64,000 nt of DNA from Epiperipatus broadwayi. Lineage: Eukaryota > Animalia > Onychophora. A program made the translations under genes and the position numbers. Location: the NCBI GenBank assembly GCA_028023455.1, contig JAQFVV010000009.1, positions 11,532,001-11,596,000 on the forward strand. The letters run 5' to 3'. Below, one piece after another: positions 53,241 to 64,000 of this stretch (positions are counted from its first letter, which is position 1; every line of letters starts with the position of its first letter). The notes under the pieces are model-generated. The model saw nothing but the letters and a program-made list of their open reading frames with translations, made no database searches and was not told the origin of the DNA.

Positions 53241-54120
53241 TTAAAAGACAGTGACTATATTGTGATTTTTTTAAATTTCTATTATGCAATGATTATTTTG
53301 CCATTTTTTAAAAAAAACTTATAATTACATTTTTTGATCCTTTCAACACACCAGCACACACAAAAAGTTACAATTCAGACTTTTATACGTTTCATTTTAT
53401 TTTTTCAGATTTAAAATATGGCGACTTTCTTTTTGGCTGTGCAGTGATTTTAATTACGTGATTTCTATTTTGCCCTTACTACTATCAAAAAACAACCTCC
53501 ATATATATATAACTTCATCTTGTATATTTAACATTAAATACAGATATTACATTTATTATAATCATTGTCATGTAATTACACTAGCCATGATATTTCCCAA
53601 CATTCAGGTGAATAACATTTTATTCTTGCATGTTTTAACAATGAAATAATAAACATAGAAATGCGAGCACATTAATGAGAATGATTGTTATTGTATTGTT
53701 TTCTGTAGCAGAATGACTGCACAACTCGAGAAAGAGTGTCCAGCATGTGAAGGTAAGCTAACACCATTACAATACACAATAACAAATGTGCTGTTTTGGT
53801 CAGTTATAACAATTATGCTCATCTAAGGCTAAGCAGGTTACATCTTTAAGAAAATTTATCTGAAAACTTCTGCCAGTCTGCGAAATCTCATCCTTATTTT
53901 TGCCAGTCCACAGGTGTGAAAAGGTTGAAGACTACACTAGAATATATATATTTTTTACTATGTATTCTTTCATAAAATTTTAAAATACTTAAATTACTTT
54001 TCAAATTATTAAAAATACTATCTTATTTTTTTCATATTATTTATTCATCTGAATTTTTTTTTTTAATTTAGTTTATTATTATTAATATAAATTGACATTT
54101 GATTTTTTTATTTTTTATAG

Positions 54121-54186
54121 GCGTTACCTTATGTAGCCCTGCTCATCGTTATGTTATTTTTTATCTATGCAGTTATTGGAATGCAA
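54121..54186 (+). CDS. Ca-alpha1D: Next Cav1 exon, domain IV S5
   Basis: Flanked by ttttttatag| and |gtaagt; 66 nt; translates ALPYVALLIVMLFFIYAVIGMQ, which directly continues ...IKSFQ in Cav1 channels. Confidence 0.97.
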
Positions 54187-55499
54187 GTAAGTTGATTAAT
54201 ATATACATGGTATGATAACAGTTTTAAATATATTTCTAATTGGCACTTTTAAAAATTATATTTAATTTATGTTTTATAAATTAACAAAAAATAAAAGAAA
54301 ATATGGAAAACATATTTTAAATTCAAATGATAAAAATTAAAGTAAACAGGGATTCATCACAACAATATGACCCATTCCTCATCAATAATGAAGATTCTAT
54401 CATATTGCAATTTTGTTTTATTACCTATGCACACAACTAACAATAACATTAATTTTTAATCTTTATTCTTTAAGTGAGCAATACCTATTTATTCATCAAT
54501 AATTTAGTGAATGATTGAATAAGATGTGGGGAACAACTATCTAGAATAAAAGTTCTCACTAATACTTAGAAATCAGCCACTTGAAAAAAAATTTATGATC
54601 TAGATTTAAACTTCACATTATGGACATATAAGACACATGCAATAAACACTACATATTTTCATTATATTCTGGTTTATGTCAGAATTTAATTAATTATTTT
54701 TTAAGTACTTACAAATTGTACACAACACTTTTATTTGTTTGTGTTTCAACTTTATTATGATAATGTCATTGTACTTCAGAACGTTAATTGCTTGTTATAT
54801 TGAATTTCAGTAAATTATAATTTTATGTAATTATCCTAATTACAATATATTTTCTTTTAGATTTAGTGATATATTATAACTATCATTAATTATTTTAATA
54901 TTAATATCTAGACATTCACAATAATCAGTGAAGTCATGTAAATCAATATTTGAAAATACAAATATTTTATAAATGCAACCAAGAGCACCTAATAACTATA
55001 CATTATTATCTTATTTATAAAGACTTATAGTGTATTGCAAATTTACTTAGTAAACATACAAACACAATCTTGAAAATTAACAAAATACCAGGTAGTCAGG
55101 ATAAAAAAAAAAAATTACTTATTCATTAATATATTCAAAATGTACAACATGTTTTCCACGTTTTTTCGAATGCTTCACGTAACTCCCTTACTACTTTTGA
55201 TTTAATAGCAAATCTAAAAAAAAAAAAACCAAAAAAACAATTGCATTACATTATATCTACATAAACATAGAGTAGCGTAATTTTATATATACAGTATTTA
55301 CATATACACATGCATAGAAGATTTTAAAAAATTAAAATAATATAAATTAATTTTATAATTTCATAATAATATTTCATAAATTATAATAAATATTGACATA
55401 TAATATTTAGATAGATATATATGTAATTATCTGTTTGTACATATATATTAATTTTTTAACTGAAATACAGATGTCTGTTATCTTTTTTATTGTTTTAAG

Positions 55500-55990
55500 A
55501 AAATTGGAGAGTCTGATAAAATAATTAAAGATATGAATGATATATCTATGTTGGCATTAGTGGTATATGTAATTTGGTGTTTTATAATTTTTTTTTGCAA
55601 ACAATATGGAAGTGTTATTATTAGATGAAAGAGGCAGAAAAATATATGAAAATTTTTTTCAGCTAAAAATTTAAGGATAAAACTGAAAGATGGATTATAG
55701 GAGATATTTGTCTCGAAGAAGTGGAGGAGTATAGGTAATTTGTAAAATAGGAATTAAGAGTTAAGAAAAAGACCAAAAAGTAGAATGCGATTGTTTACTA
55801 ATCTGGTTTGTGTTTTACATATATGTAGAATTATTTTAAAAAGATTTATGGTGCCTGTTTTAATATTTGAAAATGTTGCAGTATATATTGATTAAAAACT
55901 CAGAAATTTTTAGATAGGATACAAGAAAGAATAAAAGGATATGCATTAGTTGATAAATTGATGACAAAAAGTGAGATTATTCAAGCTAGG
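55500..55990 (+). mobile_element. Decayed LINE fragment (post-RT region)
   Basis: GDICLEEVEEYR* near 55700 (EEVxEYKYLG-like) and FMVPVLIFENVA near 55845. Confidence 0.5.
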
Positions 55991-56006
55991 ATGTGGTGTC
56001 CTTGGG

Positions 56007-59000
56007 TGTACACTCATTAATTGATCTTTTGAAAAATAATACACACTCAAGATTTTAAGCTTACCAAGGAGTTTATTATTCTGAATATAACATTAGTATA
56101 TAGTTAATATTTTTGATTTGAATATTGTTATTCCATTTTCTATTAATGTCTAATCATTTAAAGCAATAAATAATATGCCTGCCCCACTATCAATTTTCAT
56201 ATTGATAATTTGGTTGCAAATTTTTACATCTACTTATATTATACATATTCTCACATTATTATTTTTTGACATTCATTAAACTCTTGCATACTCTTCTGCT
56301 TGATTTTCTATTGGCAGGTAAATCTAGCTTAATCATTTTCTGTTTGTTTTTATGAACTTTTGATAATGTTCTCTTATCTAAATTTACACATTTTCTTTAT
56401 GTGTCCTTTTTTCTTACAGCAAATGCAGGTATTCTGTTTAGTATTCTTCTCAGTCATTTATAATGTTATCTTGTTAATAGATATGGTTAACTTATTTATA
56501 TCTGCCATATTTTTAAATTTCTATTCTAGAACAGTTTTATATGCTATTCCTCTTTCAATAGCAGCTATAGAAGTTAATGTAGACTCAAATAGTAATATCT
56601 ATCTACGTTTTCCATCTCACATGCTTGGCTAGTCTAATAGCATTTCATCTAACTAATCTTTATTAACTTGTGATAAGTATAATATCACATCATACTTGCA
56701 TATGTTTTCATTGGTAATTGCATTTTATTTCAGAAAGAAAATTATGCTATAATATTTTGAAGTTGTTGGTTTGAAATATAGATTTAACTTCTTCTTTCTT
56801 ATGTCCTGAGGGTCTCTAAGATCAGTCATGCAGTGATAATAATTAAAACAATATACACAGAAATTTACATATGTAAATATTTATTCAACAATAAAAATGA
56901 GATAAAAATATTAAGAATATAATAATTTATGAAATTAAATAATCTATAATTTATCCTCCGTAGGATGGGAATATATTATTCACACAAAGAGTACATCAAT
57001 TTCATGTATGTGTTTTCATATTTAAAGGTCTCTTGCACTTACACACATGTATATTATAATCCTTTTAATAATAACTGATGTTCAGCAATTTAAATGTCTT
57101 TAATAGATAATATACTATTTCCAATTACAAATAAACTCTTTAAAGTTTGCACTTTAAATGCTTTCATGACACACAAAATTTATACATTTACTTAACTATC
57201 ATATCGCTATTACTTTTCACCTGGTTAACTTATGTTAATTACCTTTTTCTTCGGTAATCATTTTAACCAACAACAAATACATCTTCTTTCCATTCACACA
57301 CTTCATGGTATAGGGTTTTGTCTTATACTCTGTTAGTTTGTATGTAAATTCCTTTATTTGCATTTAAATTTTATTCAATTAAATTTGCTATTGGGACGAT
57401 CGCTTTGTAGATTTTCTAATATAGTTTTTAAACAAAAGAGAATATTTTATAATGAAAATATCAATATGTATTTACTAAAATAAATAATCTTTATTTATAC
57501 ATATGTTTTATTTGATGTGATGCACTGTAACTTCTCCTTATATGGAGTCAGGAATCTCTCAGCAACTATATCCAGAGAAACCTGTTGGCCACTTTACCTT
57601 CCCTTTGCATTCCCCATCTTAAATTTTCCTATATCCTACTCCATCCCATTTCCACAACATAATCTTTGTCAAATCCATGGCTTTTATATCTAAATCCCCC
57701 TTATTTTTTCCAAACTCAGCATAAAAACCAATAACCCACTTTCTCTATAATCACTTTGTTTATATTTATTTTTTATATTTATATTTATTTTTTTATAGTT
57801 ATATTTATTTTTTGTACCCTTTCTGCTTTCAGGGATTTACATTCAATTGACAGATGCCTAATATTTTCTATGCCTTTTTACCCAACTTGCAGACTAAATC
57901 ACCCAAACTTTTCCATTTATGTATATATTTTCTTGTTGCTAAAGATCCTGTTTGAGCCTTAAACAGTAAACTATTTTCCTTGATATTTATCACAAATTAA
58001 CTCACACCCAATATTCCATTTACTTCTATATATATTTAAACTCTTTTTACTCTCTATACTAGTTCTCCATCTCTCCAACTCTGTATTTTTTATTAATGCA
58101 TCTATTCTTCTATTCCATTTCTTAACACTATAGCATTCAACAATTCTCCTAACACAATCATCCCACCTTTTGTGTAAGTATACTGACATAAATTCTTTGT
58201 CCAAATCTTCTGCATACCCCATTACCTATTTCCCCCATCTTGTTGCCTGTCCTTTATTCATAACTCAATTAAATATTCTTTTGGCTATTTTATTATACAT
58301 AAACTACAATCTACCGAACATTTTCATTTTGTTTTTTGCATCTCTCATATAAAAACTTGACCATCACATTTCTCCTTGAATTGCCTCCTTTGCCAGCCCA
58401 CACACCTGTATCTAATGCAGTCTTTCTACTTCTCTTTCTACTTTTTCTAAGTAATCTAAGACCCCTTTACTAGCACCTAATTCATCATTACCACTTCCAC
58501 TCCCTTCCATACTTTTCTAGCAACATCATATTTTGTTATTTATCAATCCCTTTCTTTTCTTTGTTTCACTTATCAATTTTTTCTCCCATTCATTGGAGCA
58601 GTTTCACTGATTATGTAATACAATTCCAAAATAATTATACCTATTCACCACACTTAACTTTATATCCTCCAATAAAAATTATTTGCCTTCTTTTTCCCCA
58701 GTATTAATCATCATTACTTTAGATTTTTCTTCACTAAATTTAATCCCTCTTTTTTTGCCCATCCTTGAACATGTCTTCAGCATAACTTCCATATCTTCCC
58801 TTATTTCTATGCACAAAAAGACATCATCCACAAATAAAAGACCTGACAATGGATATACTCCCTTGCCACCTATTAATGGTATCTCTACTCCTCTTCCTAG
58901 TGTTTCTATTGCTCTCTCCATTTCTCTCAAATACAACAAAAACAAAATAGGGGACATAGGGAATTCTTGCCTTAGCCCCACTCCATTTTTAACTTTAACT

Positions 59001-60182
59001 GATTCTATATTCCCTAATTGATATGTATAATAATTATTTTTATATAATTTCTTAATAATATCCACTAAATCTCCATCCATTCTCAAATTTACTAAACTTA
59101 CCCATAATCTAGTTTCTATTTACCCATATCTATAAAAACCATATATAACTGTCTATCTGTATTCCTACTCATACCCCTAAGATATGTAACTACAAATAAA
59201 TTATCTCCTATATGCCTATCTGACTGAAAATCTCTTGCATTTCTCCCACTATATTATTTTCTTCCATCCATTTTGTGACCCTTCCAGCCATTATATATGA
59301 GAAAACTTTATAAAATACTGTCATTACCACTATAATTGTTTATCTTTCTATGATCTATAAGAGTATCTTACAATCCAATTCAAACAACATCAAACTGAAA
59401 CCATGAAAACATAAACTGAGATAACATGTTAGATACACATTGTCATTTCTTTTCATGCAAACAAATATATAGACATGTACACACTAAATGGTTGTACAAT
59501 AATTATTTACCTGAGATAATGTTAGAATGAAACAAACTTTCTATTTCAATGGAAAATGGGAAAAACCTAGTTAAAAACACATTTCACATATATATGTATA
59601 CTAATAATAAGTCATTCATCTATGTGAAAACATCATGATGTAAGACAGTAACTTAGTAGACATGGTGATGACCTGATGTCATTTCAATGCCTAAGCAACC
59701 AAGTATTAGAAAATGAGACTAGAAATTTTACTACATAATTTTACTATGTAATTTCAATAACAACCTTTAATTCATGCAACAATAGGCATATGCAGGATGG
59801 AGAATGAAATATCTTCAGGCACTTTCAAGTCATGTAGGCAATTAGCTATTTGAAGCACATTCTTTCCTGACATTCACTTAAGACTAATAAAAACTTTAAA
59901 TTCATTATCTAGCATGTTATTTATTAACATGTACCTTTTAACATGACCCGGGTATTTTTGTCATTGCATTCTACATTGAATGATGTTCTGCATGTCACAT
60001 TGTATGTCAATCATTAATTCTCACAACACTTTACCACATAGTCACACAGGTCTTGAATTATCAACTGAAACTGATGTATGCAGAGGCTAGATACCACCTA
60101 TACACTCATTAATTGATCTTTTGGAAAATAATACATATCCAATATTTTAAACTTTACAAAGAGTTTATTACTCTCAATATAA
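56007..60182 (-). mobile_element. Decayed Ty3/gypsy-type LTR retrotransposon: gag-protease remnant, pol deleted, LINE nested inside; upper LTR end not located
   Basis: Zinc knuckle CICCKKKGHIKKMC (56386-56427); protease VDVKICNQIINMKIDSGA (about 56180-56235); gag-like LNLYFKP...LDEMLLD (about 56630-56800); 82-bp direct repeats 56009-56090 / 60101-60182 (about 87% identical); PBS-like TGGTATC (60090-60096, minus strand) 2 nt from the upper repeat. Confidence 0.7.
57530..59370 (-). mobile_element. 5'-truncated decayed LINE (RT plus C-terminal CCHC), clade not assigned
   Basis: YKVFSYIMAGRVTKWMEENNIVGEMQE near 59200-59330; ORF 58679-59086 GLRQEFPMSPILFLLY...LLFVDD; LLFKAQTGSL and frameshifted C...ENIRHLSIEC near 57830-57965. 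Confidence 0.85.
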
Positions 60183-60500
60183 TAGTAAATTGTTATTACT
60201 TCAACAATTGACTTGCTGGTTGTATTCCATAAATCAAATCATAGATACAAATTGTATTCTCCTGCTATTGTAATTCTTGTACATTTTTCCATCTTAATCT
60301 ATGAATACACAGTTTTTATAGTGTTGAACTTTTCTTCACTGCACGTTATTTTACTCTGTTACCTTTTTTTCACTCTCACTTTGGTATATTGCACTGTTCT
60401 CACATTGTTATTTTACAAGTATCATACTGCTTCAATTACACATTATGCACTATATTACTCTCTCATAATTATTGATAATCATTTTCTTTTGTATGATCTA

Positions 60501-61385
60501 ATTTGCATAAAATAGTTTCATTACTGTCGTCTTGCAAATTAACATATCTAGTTTATTTTTGTATTTCCATAATTTTATTTATTGTGCATATGATTTTTTT
60601 CTAATTGAATATTTAATGTGTTTTAGTATTGAATAATTTTATATTCACAGACTCGTTCAATTGTTTTTTCTGCCTTAGTGTTATACAGTTTTTTAGTCAA
60701 GTTTGCATAAAATAGTTTCTCACATGCACCTACCATTGTCTCTCTGACAGCCAATCAGATTTTAAACAGCTGTCTTAAGAACGATCAGGCCTTGACACAT
60801 GACAGAGATTTTGATAAGAAAAGGATGATACCAACCTTTTCTCTACTTAACTTTATATATATATAAGCCAGCTTTAAGCATCTTGGCCTGAAAGCTTGAA
60901 GATATAAACATGTTCATTTATTACTCACTGAGTTTTTAATTTATGATATCACAGTGCACAATCTTAGATTTACTAAGACTGGCTTATATATATATATATA
61001 AAGTTAAGTAGAGAAAATGTTGGTATCATCCTTTTCTTATCAAAATTTCTGTCATGTGTCAAGGCCTGATCGTTCTTAAGACAGCTGTTTAAAATCTGAT
61101 TGGCTGTCAGAGAGACAATGGTAGATGCATGTGAAAGACAAGCAACCTTTCAATTATTACTAATTTAATAACAATGTGTGATTTAGGCAAATGTTATAAA
61201 ATAGTTTCATAATTGTCTCCTTGCAAATTAATGTCAAGGTTATTTTTGTATTTGTATAATTTTATTTGTTATATGAATTTTTTCTAGAGTGAATATTAAA
61301 TTGTCTTTTAATATTGACTAACTTTATATGCACATCCTCGTGCATTTTTTTTATGCATTAGTGTTATACAGTTTTTTAGTCAAGT
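60501..61385 (+). repeat. Diverged direct repeats of about 200 bp interrupted by a fold-back element
   Basis: ttagtgttatacagttttttagtcaagt identical at 60675-60702 and 61358-61385; ataaaatagtttc near 60507, 60707 and 61196. Confidence 0.75.
60720..61134. mobile_element. Young fold-back element (MITE-like or inverted pLTR)
   Basis: Arms 60720-60871 / 60979-61134 differ by 3 substitutions and 2 TA units; 107-bp spacer. Confidence 0.8.
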
Positions 61386-62399
61386 GTAGCTGAATCATGA
61401 TGACTTCTTTTTTTATGAGAAAATTTTTTTGGAAATTACAATATATTAAGGAAAATAGATCATTAGAAATAATGCTTGATTATATTATTTCCTAGACCAT
61501 CAAAAACACTGGGCAAGAAAGATTTTTTAATATGCAAACTCAATAAATAAATAAATTATTTATTTCCATGTATTTGTAAAAGAAATGAAAAAATGTATAG
61601 AGAATGTATTATAGATTTGTAACAAAGAGGAGAAGGGGAAAAGAGGATGGATAAACCTATTACAGAAAAAAAGTAGAAGTTATGAAAATAAATTTTTGTA
61701 AAAAAACAGATTGAGATTGGAAAAAAATGCAAATTACATAACATATGAAAAGATGTATAATGGGAGTTACTTATCATTTTGTAGTTCATGTACTAATTTT
61801 TTTCATCTTCAAGTTCACATTAGCCATTGAGTTTTTGCATTACTAATTAATTTTTGTATAAAATACAATATGCTATAAATAAATAATAATTACCATTTTT
61901 TCATACTATAATATACTATAGAAAAAGTTTTTATAGTACATTATTATATTAAGAAAAAGTTATTGAAAGTTCAAACTTTGGTTAAACTTCTGAGGTCAAT
62001 TTTGTCTTTACCAATATTTGAACTTAAATTGGTTAATAAAAGCAGAGACATTTTTCCAAATTTGAATCAGTCAAACATAAATCTCATTTTTTTTTTTTGT
62101 TAATTTTACTGATGAAAATTATTTTCATAAAGAACAAAATAGTCAGGCTTACAAAAGCAAATTATCGCAAGGAGAATGTTAAAAACAAAATTACAGACTT
62201 GCTCCAGATTACTCTTCAAAATTTAACAAATATAAAAAATGTCTGTATTCAGATTGCATACAGAACAATTTTTTTAGTTTGAAATCGATTAATTTGAATT
62301 TTTGTTATACATTTTTTTCTTCCGATTATTAATAAAATTGTATTTTGCATTATAGTATTACTCTGTAAGGTCTGAACTTTTTATTCTTATAATCTGAAG

Positions 62400-62930
62400 T
62401 TCAAGGCATCAATATTAATTCACCAATATGTTAACTTTTGTATTTGCATTATAGAATGACTATTTCTGATGTATGATAATGCTATACAGGCTTATTGTTA
62501 TTTGAAGCAAATGTATAATGTTTAGATAGAAAAATAGGAGGCCAAAGTGAAATAAGGATTTGTATTCCAAATGTAGTTTGTATAGAAGTTGGAGAGTATT
62601 AAATACTTAATTTTGAAAGTAAAATGTTGATAGAAAATCTAGATAAATTGTATTATAAATGTGAGAATTTTACAGGTAATAAAAGTAAATTTCTAATATA
62701 GATTTTATGACTTTTTTTGTTTATGTCTTTATAATTTTTTTTTTTACTAAATATGAGTATAATTTAGTGGAAATGAGCCTGATTTGATAAAATAATTAGA
62801 TAATAAGAAAGGAATAAGGAGTAAATGAGTTTATTATTGTATATGAAAGGTCTGGATGAGAGAAATTTAACTTAGACAGATCATGTAATCTATATACAAA
62901 AATTTTTGATTTCATTTAAGAGAAACTAAT
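62400..62930 (+). mobile_element. Possible very old LINE RT remnant
   Basis: Purine-rich patch with WRVLNT (WRGITL-like) and a later R-x-x-D-H-like segment; mostly stops. Confidence 0.25.
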
Positions 62931-64000
62931 ACATATCACATCAAAATATAATTTATTAGACAAATTAATTTTTTAAAAGATCTTATTCAACAAGTGATTT
63001 TTTTTATTTATTTTTTTTATAATTGCCAGTATACAAACAAAGCACTAATAAAATAAATAAATAGAATGATGCTTTTAAGATCTTACTTTTTAATATAAAT
63101 AAAAAAAGAGAGTATTTCAGCTAAACTTTTTTAAACTCCATTATTGAATCAGATAGTAGGGGCTATGGATCAAGTTTATTGGCATGCTATTAGGAAAAAA
63201 AAAAAAACTTCAATAAAATAAAATAAAATATAGGATAGTAAATGTAATGCTAAAACAAATATTTTTTATATATATGGAGAGAGATATACACAAACATTGT
63301 ATAAGAAATTAATAGTGATTCCAACAAGTAAATAGAATTCATTAGATTAATTCTGCCATTATATAATATGCATAGAAATAAAAGTAATATTCTATTACTA
63401 ATGCTAAAAAATTGCCAAAATATAATTTTAAAAATACAATTTTATTATTGGATAAAAAAATGGTAATTTAAAAATGAAAATTACTTATACAGACTCAGAA
63501 TTTCATTCTAAATAGAACAAATCAGATGTAGATGTTATTTATCAAAGCAATACTAATTGTAAATCACAAATCTCTAGTTCACAAAAAATTAAAGTTCTTG
63601 ACTTTTTTTATGTAAATTAAAAAACAATATAATGGTAAATCTGAATACGTGATAATCTATGAAAATATTTTCTTGATGGTAATATCATTAAAGTCATTCT
63701 TTACTAAATTCATTTTGAATAAATATTTATAATTTTTTAGTAAGCATCTACATTTTAATAATCAAGCATAGATGGGAATTATAATAAATTTCTTCTCTCT
63801 CACCATGATCTTATTTCACTAAAAAAATTAGACAAATTACACATGATCATTATTATTCAATGTGTAGGATTGTTTTATGAGAATGATTTTTTAGCATCAA
63901 AGTGTAATGTGAATGGCTGAATCACTTATAAATGCATTTAAACATGTAAGCAGTGTGTTGAATAGTGTAACCTTATTAATTTATGCATATCTAATACATT

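Larger units (their letters stand above)
51587..53934. mobile_element. Non-autonomous hAT (Buster/Charlie-like) DNA transposon
   Basis: TIRs cagtagtcttcaac (51587-51600) / gttgaagacta (53924-53934, last 3 nt missing); near-perfect 8-bp TSD cattagaa / cactagaa matching the nnnTAnnn Buster target; subterminal ttctgccagtctgcg at both ends. Confidence 0.78.
35572..54120 (+). other. 18,549-nt GT-AG intron of the Cav1 gene
   Basis: GTAAGA donor at 35572, AG acceptor ending 54120, in-frame junction Q|A of the two exons. Confidence 0.9.

Noticed and set aside
59400-60080. Possible hAT transposase fragment (SNTWLLRH)
   Set aside because: A single weak motif among stops; better explained as leader of the gypsy remnant.
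60811-60850. UUGAUAA followed by a perfect 7-bp hairpin (GAAAAGG/CCUUUUC), resembling a U3-A8 hammerhead
   Set aside because: No GAAA box follows, and the pairing is broken in the other arm.
2488-62282. Most 60-130-aa ORFs in the supplied track (F/I/L/K/N-rich)
   Set aside because: Compositional ORFs of AT-rich DNA or antisense shadows of TE and palindrome sequence; no domain motifs.
1-64000. CRISPR arrays, rRNA genes, intact tRNA genes, operon-like gene clusters
   Set aside because: None seen; the sequence is eukaryotic intronic DNA.

Overview
Very AT-rich, CpG-poor animal genomic DNA, probably an arthropod (inferred from the channel sequence). The window lies inside one large + strand gene, an L-type voltage-gated calcium channel alpha-1 subunit (Cav1). 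Only two exons were found: domain IV S4 (35449-35571) and IV S5 (54121-54186), separated by an 18.5-kb GT-AG intron. The rest is intron filled with mobile-element remains: an L1/Tx1-like LINE, an RTE-like LINE, further LINE fragments, a pol-deleted Ty3/gypsy element, a Buster-type hAT element, tRNA-derived SINE heads and four Penelope-like elements (PLEs), one forming a ~2-kb near-perfect palindrome. The most striking unexplained layer is a set of about 12 minimal hammerhead-ribozyme (HHR) motifs. They sit at PLE 3' ends and inside 170-350-bp fold-back insertions. Their catalytic cores show three Watson-Crick versions of the 3-8 pair (C-G, U-A, A-U), several have compensated stems, and most of the well-formed ones have palindromic helix III. 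All five sense-strand copies have lost G12, while 5 of 7 antisense copies keep it. All structures were read by eye; no folding, alignment or database search was run.
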